NCBI RefSeq assembly: GCF_002160065.1
Contig: NZ_NFJW01000006.1
Location: forward strand, 1-32,000
Origin: Collinsella sp. An2
GTDB taxonomy: Bacteria; Actinomycetota; Coriobacteriia; Coriobacteriales; Coriobacteriaceae
DNA: 32,000 nucleotides
Reading direction: 5' to 3'
Below, in pieces: positions 6,801 to 15,487 of this stretch (the first letter of the stretch is position 1; every line of letters begins with the position of its first letter). A program made the position numbers and the translations under genes. The notes under the pieces were generated by a model. The model saw nothing but the letters and a program-made list of their open reading frames with translations, made no database searches and was not told where the DNA came from.

Positions 6801-8849
6801 ATGGCCCAGAAGCTCAGCCGCACGGCACGGCCCAGCTGGCCCAAGCGCGCCATTGTCACGGCGGGCATGCCCTACGGCAACAAGAACCTGCACTTCGGCC
6901 ATGTGGGCGGCGTGTTCGTCCCGGCCGACTTCTATGCGCGCTTCCTGCGCGACCGCCTCGGTGCCCAAAACGTGCTCTTTGTCTCCGGCACCGACTGCTA
7001 CGGCTCGCCCATCATGGAGAGCTATCGCAAGCTGCACGACGAACACGGCTATCAGAAGCACATCTCGGACTACGTCCAGGAAAACCACGACCGTCAGGCC
7101 GCAACACTTGCCGGCTACGACGTCGAGCCAGACTTCTTTGGCGGCAGCGCGCTAGAGCCGGCCGTGCATGTGCACGAGCAGGTCACCAACGAGGTCATCA
7201 TGCGCCTTAAAGAGCGCGGCGTGCTGCAGAAGCGCGCGACCAAGCAGTTCTACGACCCGGTCGCCGGCCAGTTCCTGAACGGCCGCCAGGTCATCGGCCG
7301 TTGCCCCATCCAGGGCTGCAAGTCCGAGAAGGCCTACGCCGACGAATGCGACCTCGGCCATCAGTTCGAACCCGAGGAGCTCATCGCCCCCAAGTCTGCT
7401 ATCACCGGCGAGACGCCTGAGCTGCATCCGGTCGACAACATCTACTTCGACCTGCCCGCGTATCTGGACTTCCTGAAGGACTATACGAAGCAGATGGAGG
7501 GCGACGAAACGGTACGCTCCGTGGTGGTGAAGACCATGGAGGAGTGGCTGAACCCGCCGCAGCTCTACATCCAGAACAAGTTCCGCGAGGCCTTCGATGC
7601 CATCGAGGACCAGCTGCCGGAGCATAGTGTCGCCGAGCCCGAGGGCAACAAGAGCTCCTTTACCGTGACCTTCCCAAGCTGGGTGGAGCGCGACGCAGCC
7701 CATGAGGTGCTCGCCGCGGGCGGCGTGCGCTTCCGTTCTGGCAAGGCGCTCGTCCCCTTCCGCATCACGGGCAACATCGAGTGGGGCGTTCCCGTTACCG
7801 ACGAATGCGGCTGCTCGGGCCTTACCTGCTGGGTCTGGCCCGAGAGCCTGTGGGCACCCATCAGCTTCACCCGCACCGCCCTCTCAGAGGCCGAGCGCAC
7901 GGGCTATGCCGACCGCTACGCAAGCCTTGACTGGCACGACTGGTGGTGCTCGCCCGACGCGCATGCCTACCAGTTTATCGGCCAGGACAACATCTACTTC
8001 TATGGCATCGCGCAGACGGCGCTGTGGGAAGCCCTGGGCTGCGGCATGCAGCAGAGCACGCTCGTGGCCAACTACCACGTGCTCTACATGGGTAAAAAGG
8101 CGAGCTCCAGCTCTCAGACCCCGCCGCCGCCCGCCAGCGAGCTGCTCGACCACTACGCCGCCGAGCAGCTGCGTGCGCACTTCCTGTCGCTCGGTCTGGG
8201 CGAAAAGCCGGTGAGCTTCTCCCCGAAGGCCTACGACACGCGCGAGACCGGCAAGAACCCGGACGGGACACCGCTGCTGGCACGCGACGACAAACGCGTG
8301 ATCGACCCCGTCCTCAAAGAGAGCGCGCTGCTCACCGGTGTGTTCAACCGCCTGGCACGCTCCTGCTTCTACGGCGTGGCCACAAAGGACGGAGACGATG
8401 CCCCCTACCGCACCGGATGCATCCCCGCAGGCGACCCCTCGGATGCGGCGCGCGACGCCGCCGAGCAGGCCACACTAGCCTTTGAGCAGGCCATGCACCG
8501 CTTCGAGCTGAACCGCGCCCTGTCCGTCTGCGACGGCTTCCTGCGCGCGGCCAACAAGCGCTGGAGCGACGCCAGCAAGGCCGCCAAGAACGCCGGCGAC
8601 GATACAGCCATGACCCAGGCGCTCATCGACGCCTTCCACGAGCTGCGCGTGGCCACCGTCCTTATGCACGGCATCGTCCCGGCAGGCTGCGAGCTCATCT
8701 GCGAACACTTTGCGATCGATCCCGCCGTCTTCTTCTCGTGGGACCACATCTTCGATACCTGCGACGAGCTGGTGGCGTCGCTTGGCGAAGAGCCGGGCAC
8801 CCACGCCATCGTCGAGCTGGAGCCCCGCTTCGACTTCTTCTCGTTCTAA
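6801..8849 (+). CDS. metG: Methionine--tRNA ligase (atypical KMSKS loop)
   Basis: ATG at 6801 with AAGGGAG upstream. Class I HIGH region (MPYGNKNLHFGHVGG...ADFYARFLR...GTDCYGSPIM). A MetRS-type CP-domain knuckle (CPIQGCKSEKAYADECDLGHQFEPEELIAPKSAITGETPE). The KMSKS position reads GKKASSSSQ. The 110 codons upstream in ORF 6471.. overlap the opposite-strand gene and were rejected. Confidence 0.8.
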   Translation: MAQKLSRTARPSWPKRAIVTAGMPYGNKNLHFGHVGGVFVPADFYARFLRDRLGAQNVLFVSGTDCYGSPIMESYRKLHDEHGYQKHISDYVQENHDRQAATLAGYDVEPDFFGGSALEPAVHVHEQVTNEVIMRLKERGVLQKRATKQFYDPVAGQFLNGRQVIGRCPIQGCKSEKAYADECDLGHQFEPEELIAPKSAITGETPELHPVDNIYFDLPAYLDFLKDYTKQMEGDETVRSVVVKTMEEWLNPPQLYIQNKFREAFDAIEDQLPEHSVAEPEGNKSSFTVTFPSWVERDAAHEVLAAGGVRFRSGKALVPFRITGNIEWGVPVTDECGCSGLTCWVWPESLWAPISFTRTALSEAERTGYADRYASLDWHDWWCSPDAHAYQFIGQDNIYFYGIAQTALWEALGCGMQQSTLVANYHVLYMGKKASSSSQTPPPPASELLDHYAAEQLRAHFLSLGLGEKPVSFSPKAYDTRETGKNPDGTPLLARDDKRVIDPVLKESALLTGVFNRLARSCFYGVATKDGDDAPYRTGCIPAGDPSDAARDAAEQATLAFEQAMHRFELNRALSVCDGFLRAANKRWSDASKAAKNAGDDTAMTQALIDAFHELRVATVLMHGIVPAGCELICEHFAIDPAVFFSWDHIFDTCDELVASLGEEPGTHAIVELEPRFDFFSF

Positions 8850-8878
8850 CGCAGGCAAGCAGCTCACAAGGTATCAGA

Positions 8879-8920
8879 CCGGGCCCGGGGACAGCGAGTG
8901 TCCGCCGGGCCCGATTTTGT
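8879..8920 (+). terminator. Intrinsic terminator of metG
   Basis: A 14-bp GC-rich stem with one bulge (8879-8893 pairs with 8899-8913) and a GCGAG loop, followed by ATTTTGT. It begins 30 nt after the metG stop. Confidence 0.65.
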
Positions 8921-8987
8921 AGCGCAGCGCCCGTCGGAGACCGGGCGCCGGCTAAAGACAAAAACAGACGCGCGAACGGAGGTGCAC

Positions 8988-9593
8988 ATGGGATTGCTCT
9001 ATCTGGTGAGACACGGCGAGACGGTCATGAACGCCCGCGGCATCGTCCAGGGAGGACTCGACTCTCCGCTTACGCCGCAGGGGCGCAAGCAGGCAGAGCG
9101 CGCGGCGCGGTGGCTTGCACGTCACGAAGCCGCGTTCGCGGTAGCGGCATGCTCGCCGCAGGGGCGCGCCCAGCGGACGCTCGACCTCATGTGTGCAGCC
9201 GAGCCCGTCCTTGCCGCAGCGCGGCGCGAGACCCTCTCCTGCCTGCGCGAATATAGCTATGGTACGGCGGACGGCACACCTGTCCACGACCTTGCCGGCG
9301 ACCCTTGGAACCCGCGCCGAGACTTTCAGGACCTGGGTGGCGACACCGTGCGGGACGTGGCGGACGGACTCTTCTGCGCCCTGCACGACCTCATGGAGCA
9401 AAGCGCCGGCAGCGCGGTCGCGGTATCGCATGGAACCACCATGAAGCTCTTCGTCGACGCAACGCTTGCCGAGAGCGGAAGCAGCAGGCGGCTCACACCC
9501 CAGGAGCTGTCCAACGGATGCATCGTCGTCATGCGTCACGACAGCGCGACGAAGACGTTTCGCCTCGTCGATGTCATAGCTCGCCCCGTCTAG
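8988..9593 (+). CDS. Histidine phosphatase family protein (phosphoglycerate mutase-like)
   Basis: ATG at 8988 with GGAGGTG upstream. It starts with the RHG motif (LYLVRHGETVMN) and has SHGTTMK later in the sequence. 201 aa. Confidence 0.8.
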   Translation: MGLLYLVRHGETVMNARGIVQGGLDSPLTPQGRKQAERAARWLARHEAAFAVAACSPQGRAQRTLDLMCAAEPVLAAARRETLSCLREYSYGTADGTPVHDLAGDPWNPRRDFQDLGGDTVRDVADGLFCALHDLMEQSAGSAVAVSHGTTMKLFVDATLAESGSSRRLTPQELSNGCIVVMRHDSATKTFRLVDVIARPV

Positions 9594-9630
9594 GAAAACG
9601 CTGCGTCGCGCCGTCGCGCCCGTGCGTCCC

Positions 9631-9658
9631 GTCGATGCCGCACGTCGACGGCATCGGC
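9631..9658. terminator. Hairpin between convergent genes (weak terminator candidate)
   Basis: A 10-bp stem (9631-9640 pairs with 9649-9658, one G-U) with an 8-nt loop, between the stop at 9593 (+) and the stop at 9668 (-). No U-tract. Confidence 0.3.
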
Positions 9659-9667
9659 AGGCCTTCT

Positions 9668-10417
9668 CTAGACCCCCAGCAGGTCGCAGACCTCGCCGAG
9701 CGACCGGGCGCCCGCATCCTCACGAGGGCGGGCGATCACGATTGCCTGCGCGGCGGCATCGCGACAGGCGGCGACCTTCTCTTCCAGACCCCCGGCGGTG
9801 CCGGACTCCTTGGTCACCAACCATGAGGCACCTATCTGGCGCAGCATCGCCGCGTTGAGTTCTTGGGTAAACGGCCCCTGCATGGCGATGATGTGCGACG
9901 GGGGAAATCCGGCGTCGAGCGCACGCTGCAGCGATGCCACCACGGGCAGAATCCTCACGTACACGCGCTCGATGAGGTCGGGCGTCGCAAAAGCGTCAAT
10001 CGTGTTGGTGCCCGTGGTCAACAGGACGGCTCCCGTCTGTTCCCGCAGCATCGCGGCGGCCTCTTCGGCAGAAGCGACATAGCGGGCCCCGTCCTGTCGG
10101 GCGACGCCGTCCCGGGCAAGACGCACGTAGCTTGCTCCACACGCCGCTGAGGCGGAGCGAATCGTCCTGCTTGCCTCAACGGCAAAGGGATGCGTCGCGT
10201 CGATCACGCAGGCAGTACCCTTAAGCGCCGCGGCCATGCCTGCACAGTCAAGCCGACCGGTATGGACCTCCATGCCGGGAAGGTCGTCCACAAGCTCCCC
10301 GCCGTAGTCGGTCGCCGTAAACACGCGCGCGGCACGGCCATGCGCCGCAAGGCGCTCGCACAGGATGCGGCCCTCCGACGTGCCGGCAAACACCGCAAGC
10401 GGCCCAGCCTCCATCAT
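9668..10417 (-). CDS. cbiJ: Cobalt-precorrin-6A reductase
   Basis: N-terminal VFAGTSEGR, then IDATHPFA and a C-terminal LVTKESG motif typical of CbiJ/CobK. The start forms an ATGA overlap with the cbiC stop. Last gene of the operon. Confidence 0.85.
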   Translation of the reverse strand: MMEAGPLAVFAGTSEGRILCERLAAHGRAARVFTATDYGGELVDDLPGMEVHTGRLDCAGMAAALKGTACVIDATHPFAVEASRTIRSASAACGASYVRLARDGVARQDGARYVASAEEAAAMLREQTGAVLLTTGTNTIDAFATPDLIERVYVRILPVVASLQRALDAGFPPSHIIAMQGPFTQELNAAMLRQIGASWLVTKESGTAGGLEEKVAACRDAAAQAIVIARPREDAGARSLGEVCDLLGV

Positions 10418-11061
10418 CGCGATGCTCCCGGACGCGCAAGCTGGTAGAGCAGGGCGTTCACGATAGCGGCAGCGACCGTCGAGCCGCCCTTGCGGCCCCG
10501 CGCCACGATGGAAGGGACCTCCGGCATGGCGACAAGCTCCTCTTTCGCCTCGACGACGTTCACGAACCCCACCGGCGCCCCGATCACGAGCGCAGGGTCG
10601 ATGCGGCCCGCCCGGATGAGCTCGGCCAGATGCAGCAGGGCCGTAGGCGCGTTGCCGACGGCGATGATGATCGACCCGTCGATCTCGCAGGCGCGGTCCA
10701 TGCAGGCGTGTGCGCGGGTCGTGCCCGCAGCTCGGGCACGACCCGCGACGTCGGGGTCGGCCATGAAGCAGACCGCGCGGGCACCCAGCGCGGCAAGCGA
10801 GGCCTTGCTGATGCCGGCAAGCGCCATGTTGGTGTCCGTCACCACCGTGGCGCCGGAGCGCAGCGCGTCGAGACCCCGCTCCACCGCATGCGGCGTGAAG
10901 ACGAGGTTGTCGGCATAGGAAAAGTCCGCCGTGGTATGGATGACCCGCTTGATGACGGGCTCCTCCAGCGGGTCAAAGACTCGATTCCCCAACTCTTCGG
11001 AGATGATCTCGAAGCTTCGGCGCTCGATGTCCGCCGGAGCGGTGTAGGCATGGGTCATCAT
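10414..11061 (-). CDS. cbiC: Cobalt-precorrin-8 methylmutase
   Basis: IERRSFEIISEELG, IKRVIHTTADFSY and IAVGNAPTAL are CbiC/CobH hallmarks. ATGA overlaps at both ends. Confidence 0.9.
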   Translation of the reverse strand: MMTHAYTAPADIERRSFEIISEELGNRVFDPLEEPVIKRVIHTTADFSYADNLVFTPHAVERGLDALRSGATVVTDTNMALAGISKASLAALGARAVCFMADPDVAGRARAAGTTRAHACMDRACEIDGSIIIAVGNAPTALLHLAELIRAGRIDPALVIGAPVGFVNVVEAKEELVAMPEVPSIVARGRKGGSTVAAAIVNALLYQLARPGASR

Positions 11062-12584
11062 GCCCCCTCTCTTCGCATGGAGGGCGCGTCGGCGGCGCCT
11101 TCCTCGATGATGTGATAGATGGCCTCCATATCAAGCGATGCGCGAACCGTATCGGCAAGCAGGTCGTATTGATGCTCCCGGTAGGCCTGGGCATCATGGA
11201 CCCGCGGCGCGCTGGACGGCAGACCGCGAGCCGTAAGCAGGGCGTCGACCAGGGTGTCGACCACCGCCGGCTCATCGAAGAGCCCGTGGAGGTACGTGCC
11301 TGCAACGTTTTCGCGTACAGCCCCCATATTCTGCGACGCATCGCCTCGCGCAACCGCAAAGAAGGCGGCCGCAGAGACGGTCGCGCCTGCATGGATCTCG
11401 TAGCCTCGCGCTGCAAGGCCGTTCCAGCACGCAAAGATTCCCTCGCGCGGGCACAGCTCCATCTCGGTTTGGGCGAGGCGTTTATCCGCAGCAAAGGAAG
11501 TGCGCACAGGCAGCAGCCCAAGGCCGTCGGCCGACCCTCCGCCTTCGGTGCCCAAGGGGTCCTCGATGTGTTCTCCGAGCATCTGATAGCCTCCGCAGAT
11601 CCCTAGAATCGGCGTACCCGCCGCCGCAAGTACCTCGATGCATGTTGCTAGACCCGCCTCCTTGAGCCATGCGAGGTCGTCGAGGGTCTGCTTGGTTCCC
11701 GGCAGGACCACCAGGTCGGGACGACCCAGGTCCTCGGCGCGGGCGACATAGCGCACGCCGGCTGCAGGATTGCGCTCGAGGGGCGAGAAATCGGTGAAGT
11801 TGGACAGGTGCGGCAGGCGCACCACCGCGATGTCGATCACCCGCGCACAAGACCGCGCGTCGAGCCGTGATGACAGGCTGTCCTCGTCATCCAGGTCAAG
11901 ATCCACATACGGGACGACACCCAGCACAGGTGCGCCGCAGAGCTCCTCGAGCGGCGCGAGCCCGGGACGCAGGATGGACACGTCGCCGCGAAACTTGTTG
12001 ATCACCAACCCGCGCACACGCTCCCGGTCGGCGGCATCGAGCAGCTGGACGGTGCCCACCAACTGGGCAAAGACCCCGCCTGGATCGATGTCTCCCACCA
12101 GCAGCACCGGCGCGTCGATGAGGCGGGCAAGCCCCATGTTCACGATGTCGTCGCGCTGCAGATTGATCTCGGCAGGCGATCCCGCGCCCTCCACCAGCAC
12201 GACGTCGTAGGAGGCGGCAAGGTCGCGATACGCCGCCATGACCTCAGGCACGAGATCGCGTCGGTGCGTAAAGTAGTCGCGCGCACTCATGGAGCCGCGG
12301 GCGCGTCCGCCAACGATCACCTGGCTGCCACGCTCCCCCTCCGGCTTGAGCAGGATCGGGTTCATGCGAACGTCGGGAGCGATGCCGGCGGCTTCGGCCT
12401 GCATGGCCTGGGCGCGCCCCATCTCGCCCCCGTCGGCAGCAACAAAGCTGTTGAGCGCCATGTTCTGGCTCTTGAACGGCGCCACGCGAAGCCCGTCCTG
12501 AACAAGGACCCGGGCGAGCCCCGCCACAAGCAGGCTCTTTCCCGCATTCGACATGGTGCCCTGAATCATCAGCGATCGCGCCAT
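11058..12584 (-). CDS. cbiP: Cobyric acid synthase
   Basis: N-terminal MIQGTMSNAGKSLLVAGL P-loop-like segment, GAGSPAEINL, and a C-terminal glutamine amidotransferase region (GICGGYQMLG...YEIHAG) match CbiP/CobQ. AGGAGG upstream of the ATG at 12584. Confidence 0.92.
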   Translation of the reverse strand: MARSLMIQGTMSNAGKSLLVAGLARVLVQDGLRVAPFKSQNMALNSFVAADGGEMGRAQAMQAEAAGIAPDVRMNPILLKPEGERGSQVIVGGRARGSMSARDYFTHRRDLVPEVMAAYRDLAASYDVVLVEGAGSPAEINLQRDDIVNMGLARLIDAPVLLVGDIDPGGVFAQLVGTVQLLDAADRERVRGLVINKFRGDVSILRPGLAPLEELCGAPVLGVVPYVDLDLDDEDSLSSRLDARSCARVIDIAVVRLPHLSNFTDFSPLERNPAAGVRYVARAEDLGRPDLVVLPGTKQTLDDLAWLKEAGLATCIEVLAAAGTPILGICGGYQMLGEHIEDPLGTEGGGSADGLGLLPVRTSFAADKRLAQTEMELCPREGIFACWNGLAARGYEIHAGATVSAAAFFAVARGDASQNMGAVRENVAGTYLHGLFDEPAVVDTLVDALLTARGLPSSAPRVHDAQAYREHQYDLLADTVRASLDMEAIYHIIEEGAADAPSMRREGA

Positions 12585-13693
12585 GACCTCGAGTCCTCCT
12601 CCGTGCCGCCGGCCTTAAGCGCACCTGTGCACGCCTGGAGCAACCGATCGTTCTCCTCAGGCGTCCGTACGGCAACCCGCACGTAGCCCTTAGGCAGGCC
12701 TTCGTAGTTTCCACAATCCCGAACGATGACCCCGTGCGCAGCAACACGCTCGGCAAACCCTTCGAGCGGCGACCGAACAAGTAGGTAGTTGGCCTCGCCG
12801 GGAACGACTGCGCAACCAAGGGCGCCAAGACCCGCCACAAGCCGTGCTCGCTCGGCGGCGATAAGCTCCCGGGTTCGTTCGACAAACGCCGTGTCGGCAA
12901 GCGCGGCCACACCCGCCGCCTGAGCCGGCGTGGACACGCTCCATGGAGGACCCGCCGCATAGACGCGCTCGGCAAGGTCGGCGTCCCCGCATACCAAGTA
13001 TCCCAAGCGAAGACCGGCCATCCCATAGAGCTTGGTGAACGCGCGCAGCACCACGACGCTCTCCCCTGCAGCCGCCTGCTGCACAAGCGTACGCTCCGCA
13101 CCGTCGGCGACAAATCCCAAGAAGCACTCGTCGACCGCCAGCAGCGCACCCGCGGCCCGGCAGCGCTCGACGATGCGACCCATAAGCTCCACAGGGACCG
13201 TCCGTCCAGTCGGGTTGTTGGGGTTGCACAGGAAGACCAGGTCGATGTCATCGTCGATGGCCGCCAAGAAGCCCTCGTCGAGGACGAACCCGCAGGAGAC
13301 ATCGAGCGCATGGCTACAGACGCGCGCACCATAGAACCGTGCGGCTGCACCATATTCCGAAAAGGTGGGGGCCGTCAGCAGCATCGCCCGGGGACGCACC
13401 GTCGCCACGAGGCGCCAGATGAGATCTGCCGCGCCGTTGCCGCAAAGCACCGCCTCGGACGCGATGTCATGGTGCCGGGCAATGGCCTCCACAAGCTCCC
13501 GACAGTGTGGATCGGGATAGCGATCACACGCGGACAGGGCGCGCGCCGCGGCCGCTCGTACCGCCTCGGGCATGCCCAGCGGGTTCGTGTTGGCAGAGAA
13601 GTCGATGACGTTGGATCCCCAGCGCTCGCGCGCCGTCCAGACGTCGCCGCCGTGCCCATAGGAACGGTGGGAACGGGGTTTCCTATCTTCCAT
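12569..13693 (-). CDS. cobD: L-threonine-O-3-phosphate decarboxylase (class I/II aminotransferase fold)
   Basis: N-terminal HGGDVW, IDFSANTNPLG, NPNNPTG and FTKLYGMAGLRLGY (PLP lysine context) are typical of CobD. GGAGGGGAG lies 10 nt upstream of the ATG at 13693. Confidence 0.85.
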   Translation of the reverse strand: MEDRKPRSHRSYGHGGDVWTARERWGSNVIDFSANTNPLGMPEAVRAAAARALSACDRYPDPHCRELVEAIARHHDIASEAVLCGNGAADLIWRLVATVRPRAMLLTAPTFSEYGAAARFYGARVCSHALDVSCGFVLDEGFLAAIDDDIDLVFLCNPNNPTGRTVPVELMGRIVERCRAAGALLAVDECFLGFVADGAERTLVQQAAAGESVVVLRAFTKLYGMAGLRLGYLVCGDADLAERVYAAGPPWSVSTPAQAAGVAALADTAFVERTRELIAAERARLVAGLGALGCAVVPGEANYLLVRSPLEGFAERVAAHGVIVRDCGNYEGLPKGYVRVAVRTPEENDRLLQACTGALKAGGTEEDSRSWRDR

Positions 13694-13743
13694 ATCCCGT
13701 CATCTCCCCTCCATCTCGTCCTGACACCATGCTGCCCCCAGAA

Positions 13744-13864
13744 TTGTGGCAATTTACACGCCCACCTTCTGTTTTGTGGCAATATACACGCTCAAGGGCG
13801 TAAAACAGGCACCTGAGCGTGTAGATTGCCACACGATAGCGAGCAAGCGTGTGGATTGCCACAA
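13744..13864. repeat. Four copies of a 17-18 bp motif (TGTGGCAAT-NN-ACACGC): two direct, then two inverted
   Basis: Copies: 13744-13761 TTGTGGCAATTTACACGC; 13774-13791 TTGTGGCAATATACACGC; 13817-13833 GCGTGTAGATTGCCACA; 13847-13864 GCGTGTGGATTGCCACAA. Same-orientation copies are 30 bp apart. The spacers between copies are not conserved. The copies differ only at the NN dinucleotide. Confidence 0.85.
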
Positions 13865-13910
13865 TTCCGCCCCTTGCGAATACATCGCACGCCAAAGGGA
13901 CGGCCGCCCG

Positions 13911-14882
13911 TTAACCCGACCAGACTACCACGCTGACGATGCGCACGGCTGCGAACACCAGGAACGCCAGCGCGGCAGCGGCATACATGAGTCGGTTAGC
14001 ACGGCGGATATCCTCGGGCTCTATGGGACGAAGGTCGTCTCCGATAGTGGGTTTTTCCACCATATGCCCAAAATACGACGCCGGCCCTGCCAAACGCACG
14101 GAGAGGGCACCCGCCATGGCGGCTTCGGTCTGTGCGGCGTTGGGACTTGCATGACGCCTGCGGTCGCGCCGCCAGATGCGCCAGGCACCCGCACCGGACA
14201 GCCCCGTCAGCGGGGCGGCCGCAACCAGGCAGAGCGCCGCGATGCGTGACGGCACGAAGTTCACGACGTCGTCGAGGTGCGCGGAGGCACGACCGAAGTC
14301 GATGTACCGCTCGTTTTTGTACCCCACCATGCTGTCGAGTGTGTTGACGGCCTTATACGCGGCAGCAAGGGGCGCGCCACCCACCATCATGTACAGCAGC
14401 GGTGCGACGACGCCGTCGCTCGCGTTCTCGGCCACCGTCTCGACGGCGGCGCGCACGACACCGTCCTCGTCAAGCGCCTCGGTATCGCGCCCGACGATAT
14501 ACGACACCGCTGTGCGCGCGGCAGCGAGACCTTGGTCGCGCAGAGCAGCCAACACGGCCATGCTCTGGCGCCGAAGCTCACATGCGGCGAGCAGCTGGTA
14601 GCACACCCAGGACTCAGCGATGAGACAAAGCGTCGGATGGATCGCACCGAGCGCGGCAAGGACGGCCCAGCAGATTGCAAACGAGCCAAGCGGCAATGCG
14701 ACGGCAAGCACGCGGCCGGCGGCGCGGCGTCCTGCCGCGGTGTCGGGGAACCGCGAGCGCAGACGAGGCTCCGCCCACCCGATCGCCCGTCCCATGGCGA
14801 CCACCGGATGCGGAAGCCAGCGCGGATCGCCCAGGGCGAGGTCGAGCACGGCGCCGATCGCCACGGCGGCAAGCGTCATCAT
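13911..14882 (-). CDS. cbiB: Adenosylcobinamide-phosphate synthase
   Basis: Polytopic membrane protein with LDLALGDPRWLPHPV near the N-terminus and later DTEALD, ENASDGVVAPL and VNTLDSMVGYKN motifs typical of CbiB/CobD. Start trimmed to the ATG at 14882, which overlaps the cobC stop (ATGA). Confidence 0.9.
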   Translation of the reverse strand: MMTLAAVAIGAVLDLALGDPRWLPHPVVAMGRAIGWAEPRLRSRFPDTAAGRRAAGRVLAVALPLGSFAICWAVLAALGAIHPTLCLIAESWVCYQLLAACELRRQSMAVLAALRDQGLAAARTAVSYIVGRDTEALDEDGVVRAAVETVAENASDGVVAPLLYMMVGGAPLAAAYKAVNTLDSMVGYKNERYIDFGRASAHLDDVVNFVPSRIAALCLVAAAPLTGLSGAGAWRIWRRDRRRHASPNAAQTEAAMAGALSVRLAGPASYFGHMVEKPTIGDDLRPIEPEDIRRANRLMYAAAALAFLVFAAVRIVSVVVWSG

Positions 14883-15487
14883 GCGCAGCCCCTCCCGCCG
14901 CTGCAACCCTCCTGCGAAGGAGGACAGATCACCTCGAGCCGACGCCCGTCCCCCTCGAGCTCCCAGCAGCCACCCGGCGGCGTCTCGATGGAGAAGTACT
15001 CCATCGCCGGCACGGCAAGCGACGAGATGATCGCGCGGGCGGTGCCCGCATGCGCCACGATAACGACTTGCTCAGCGCCCGCACGCCCAAGGTCGTCGAC
15101 GAGGTCAGAAAAGGCCCCGACGCAGCGGCGCGTGAAGCCCGAACGGTCCTCGCCGCCGGGACAGACGCCCCAGCAGCCACCCTCGACCCACTGGCGATAC
15201 GCGCCATCGTCGGCGAGGTCTGCAAACGCCTTGCCTTCAAAGGAGCCGAAATCCATCTCGCGCAGGCCTGGCACGGCTATCTGGCGCGCGTGGGGAAACA
15301 GAATCTGTGCGGTCTGGGCACAGCGCAGCATGCCACTGGTGTAGACCGTGCTCACGCACTCATCGACAGGCAGCATCGACAGGGCGGCGCGACCGGCCTC
15401 GGACAAGGCGACGTCGGTCCCGGCGCCCTCATAGCGTCGGGCGACGGTTCCCTCCGTGGCACCGTGCCGATAGAGCAAGATTCTCAC
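14879..15487 (-). CDS. cobC: Histidine phosphatase family protein, probable alpha-ribazole phosphatase
   Basis: RILLYRHGATEG (RHG motif) and AHAGT later. It lies inside the nucleotide-loop assembly block next to cobS/cobU/cobT. GTG start at 15487 with AAGGGGG upstream, and a GTGA overlap with the preceding stop. The function is assigned from context. Confidence 0.7.
   Translation of the reverse strand: MRILLYRHGATEGTVARRYEGAGTDVALSEAGRAALSMLPVDECVSTVYTSGMLRCAQTAQILFPHARQIAVPGLREMDFGSFEGKAFADLADDGAYRQWVEGGCWGVCPGGEDRSGFTRRCVGAFSDLVDDLGRAGAEQVVIVAHAGTARAIISSLAVPAMEYFSIETPPGGCWELEGDGRRLEVICPPSQEGCSGGRGCA

Noticed and set aside
6215-7210. 331-aa plus-strand ORF, and the 110-codon N-terminal extension of metG (6471-6800)
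   Set aside because: Both overlap the well-supported minus-strand membrane protein gene. MetRS homology begins just after the ATG at 6801, which has an SD. The upstream residues are R/T/P-rich with no MetRS similarity.
12244-13353. 369-aa minus-strand ORF in an alternative frame across cbiP/cobD (also 12690..13229 and 13310..13816)
   Set aside because: The cobD frame (12569..13693) carries aminotransferase and CobD motifs. The alternative frames are R/S/P/C-rich GC-frame artefacts.
13744-13864. Possibility that the four repeats are a mini CRISPR array
   Set aside because: The repeats are only 17-18 bp with 12-14 bp spacers, two of the four are inverted, and there are no cas genes. This does not fit CRISPR architecture.
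13683-14249. Small ORFs across the repeat spacer (13683..13895 minus, 13746..14249 plus)
   Set aside because: Their repetitive peptides (VAIHTL/VAIYTL, RVYCH/RVNCH) are just translations of the DNA repeats. They overlap the cobD start or the cbiB 3' end and have no SD.
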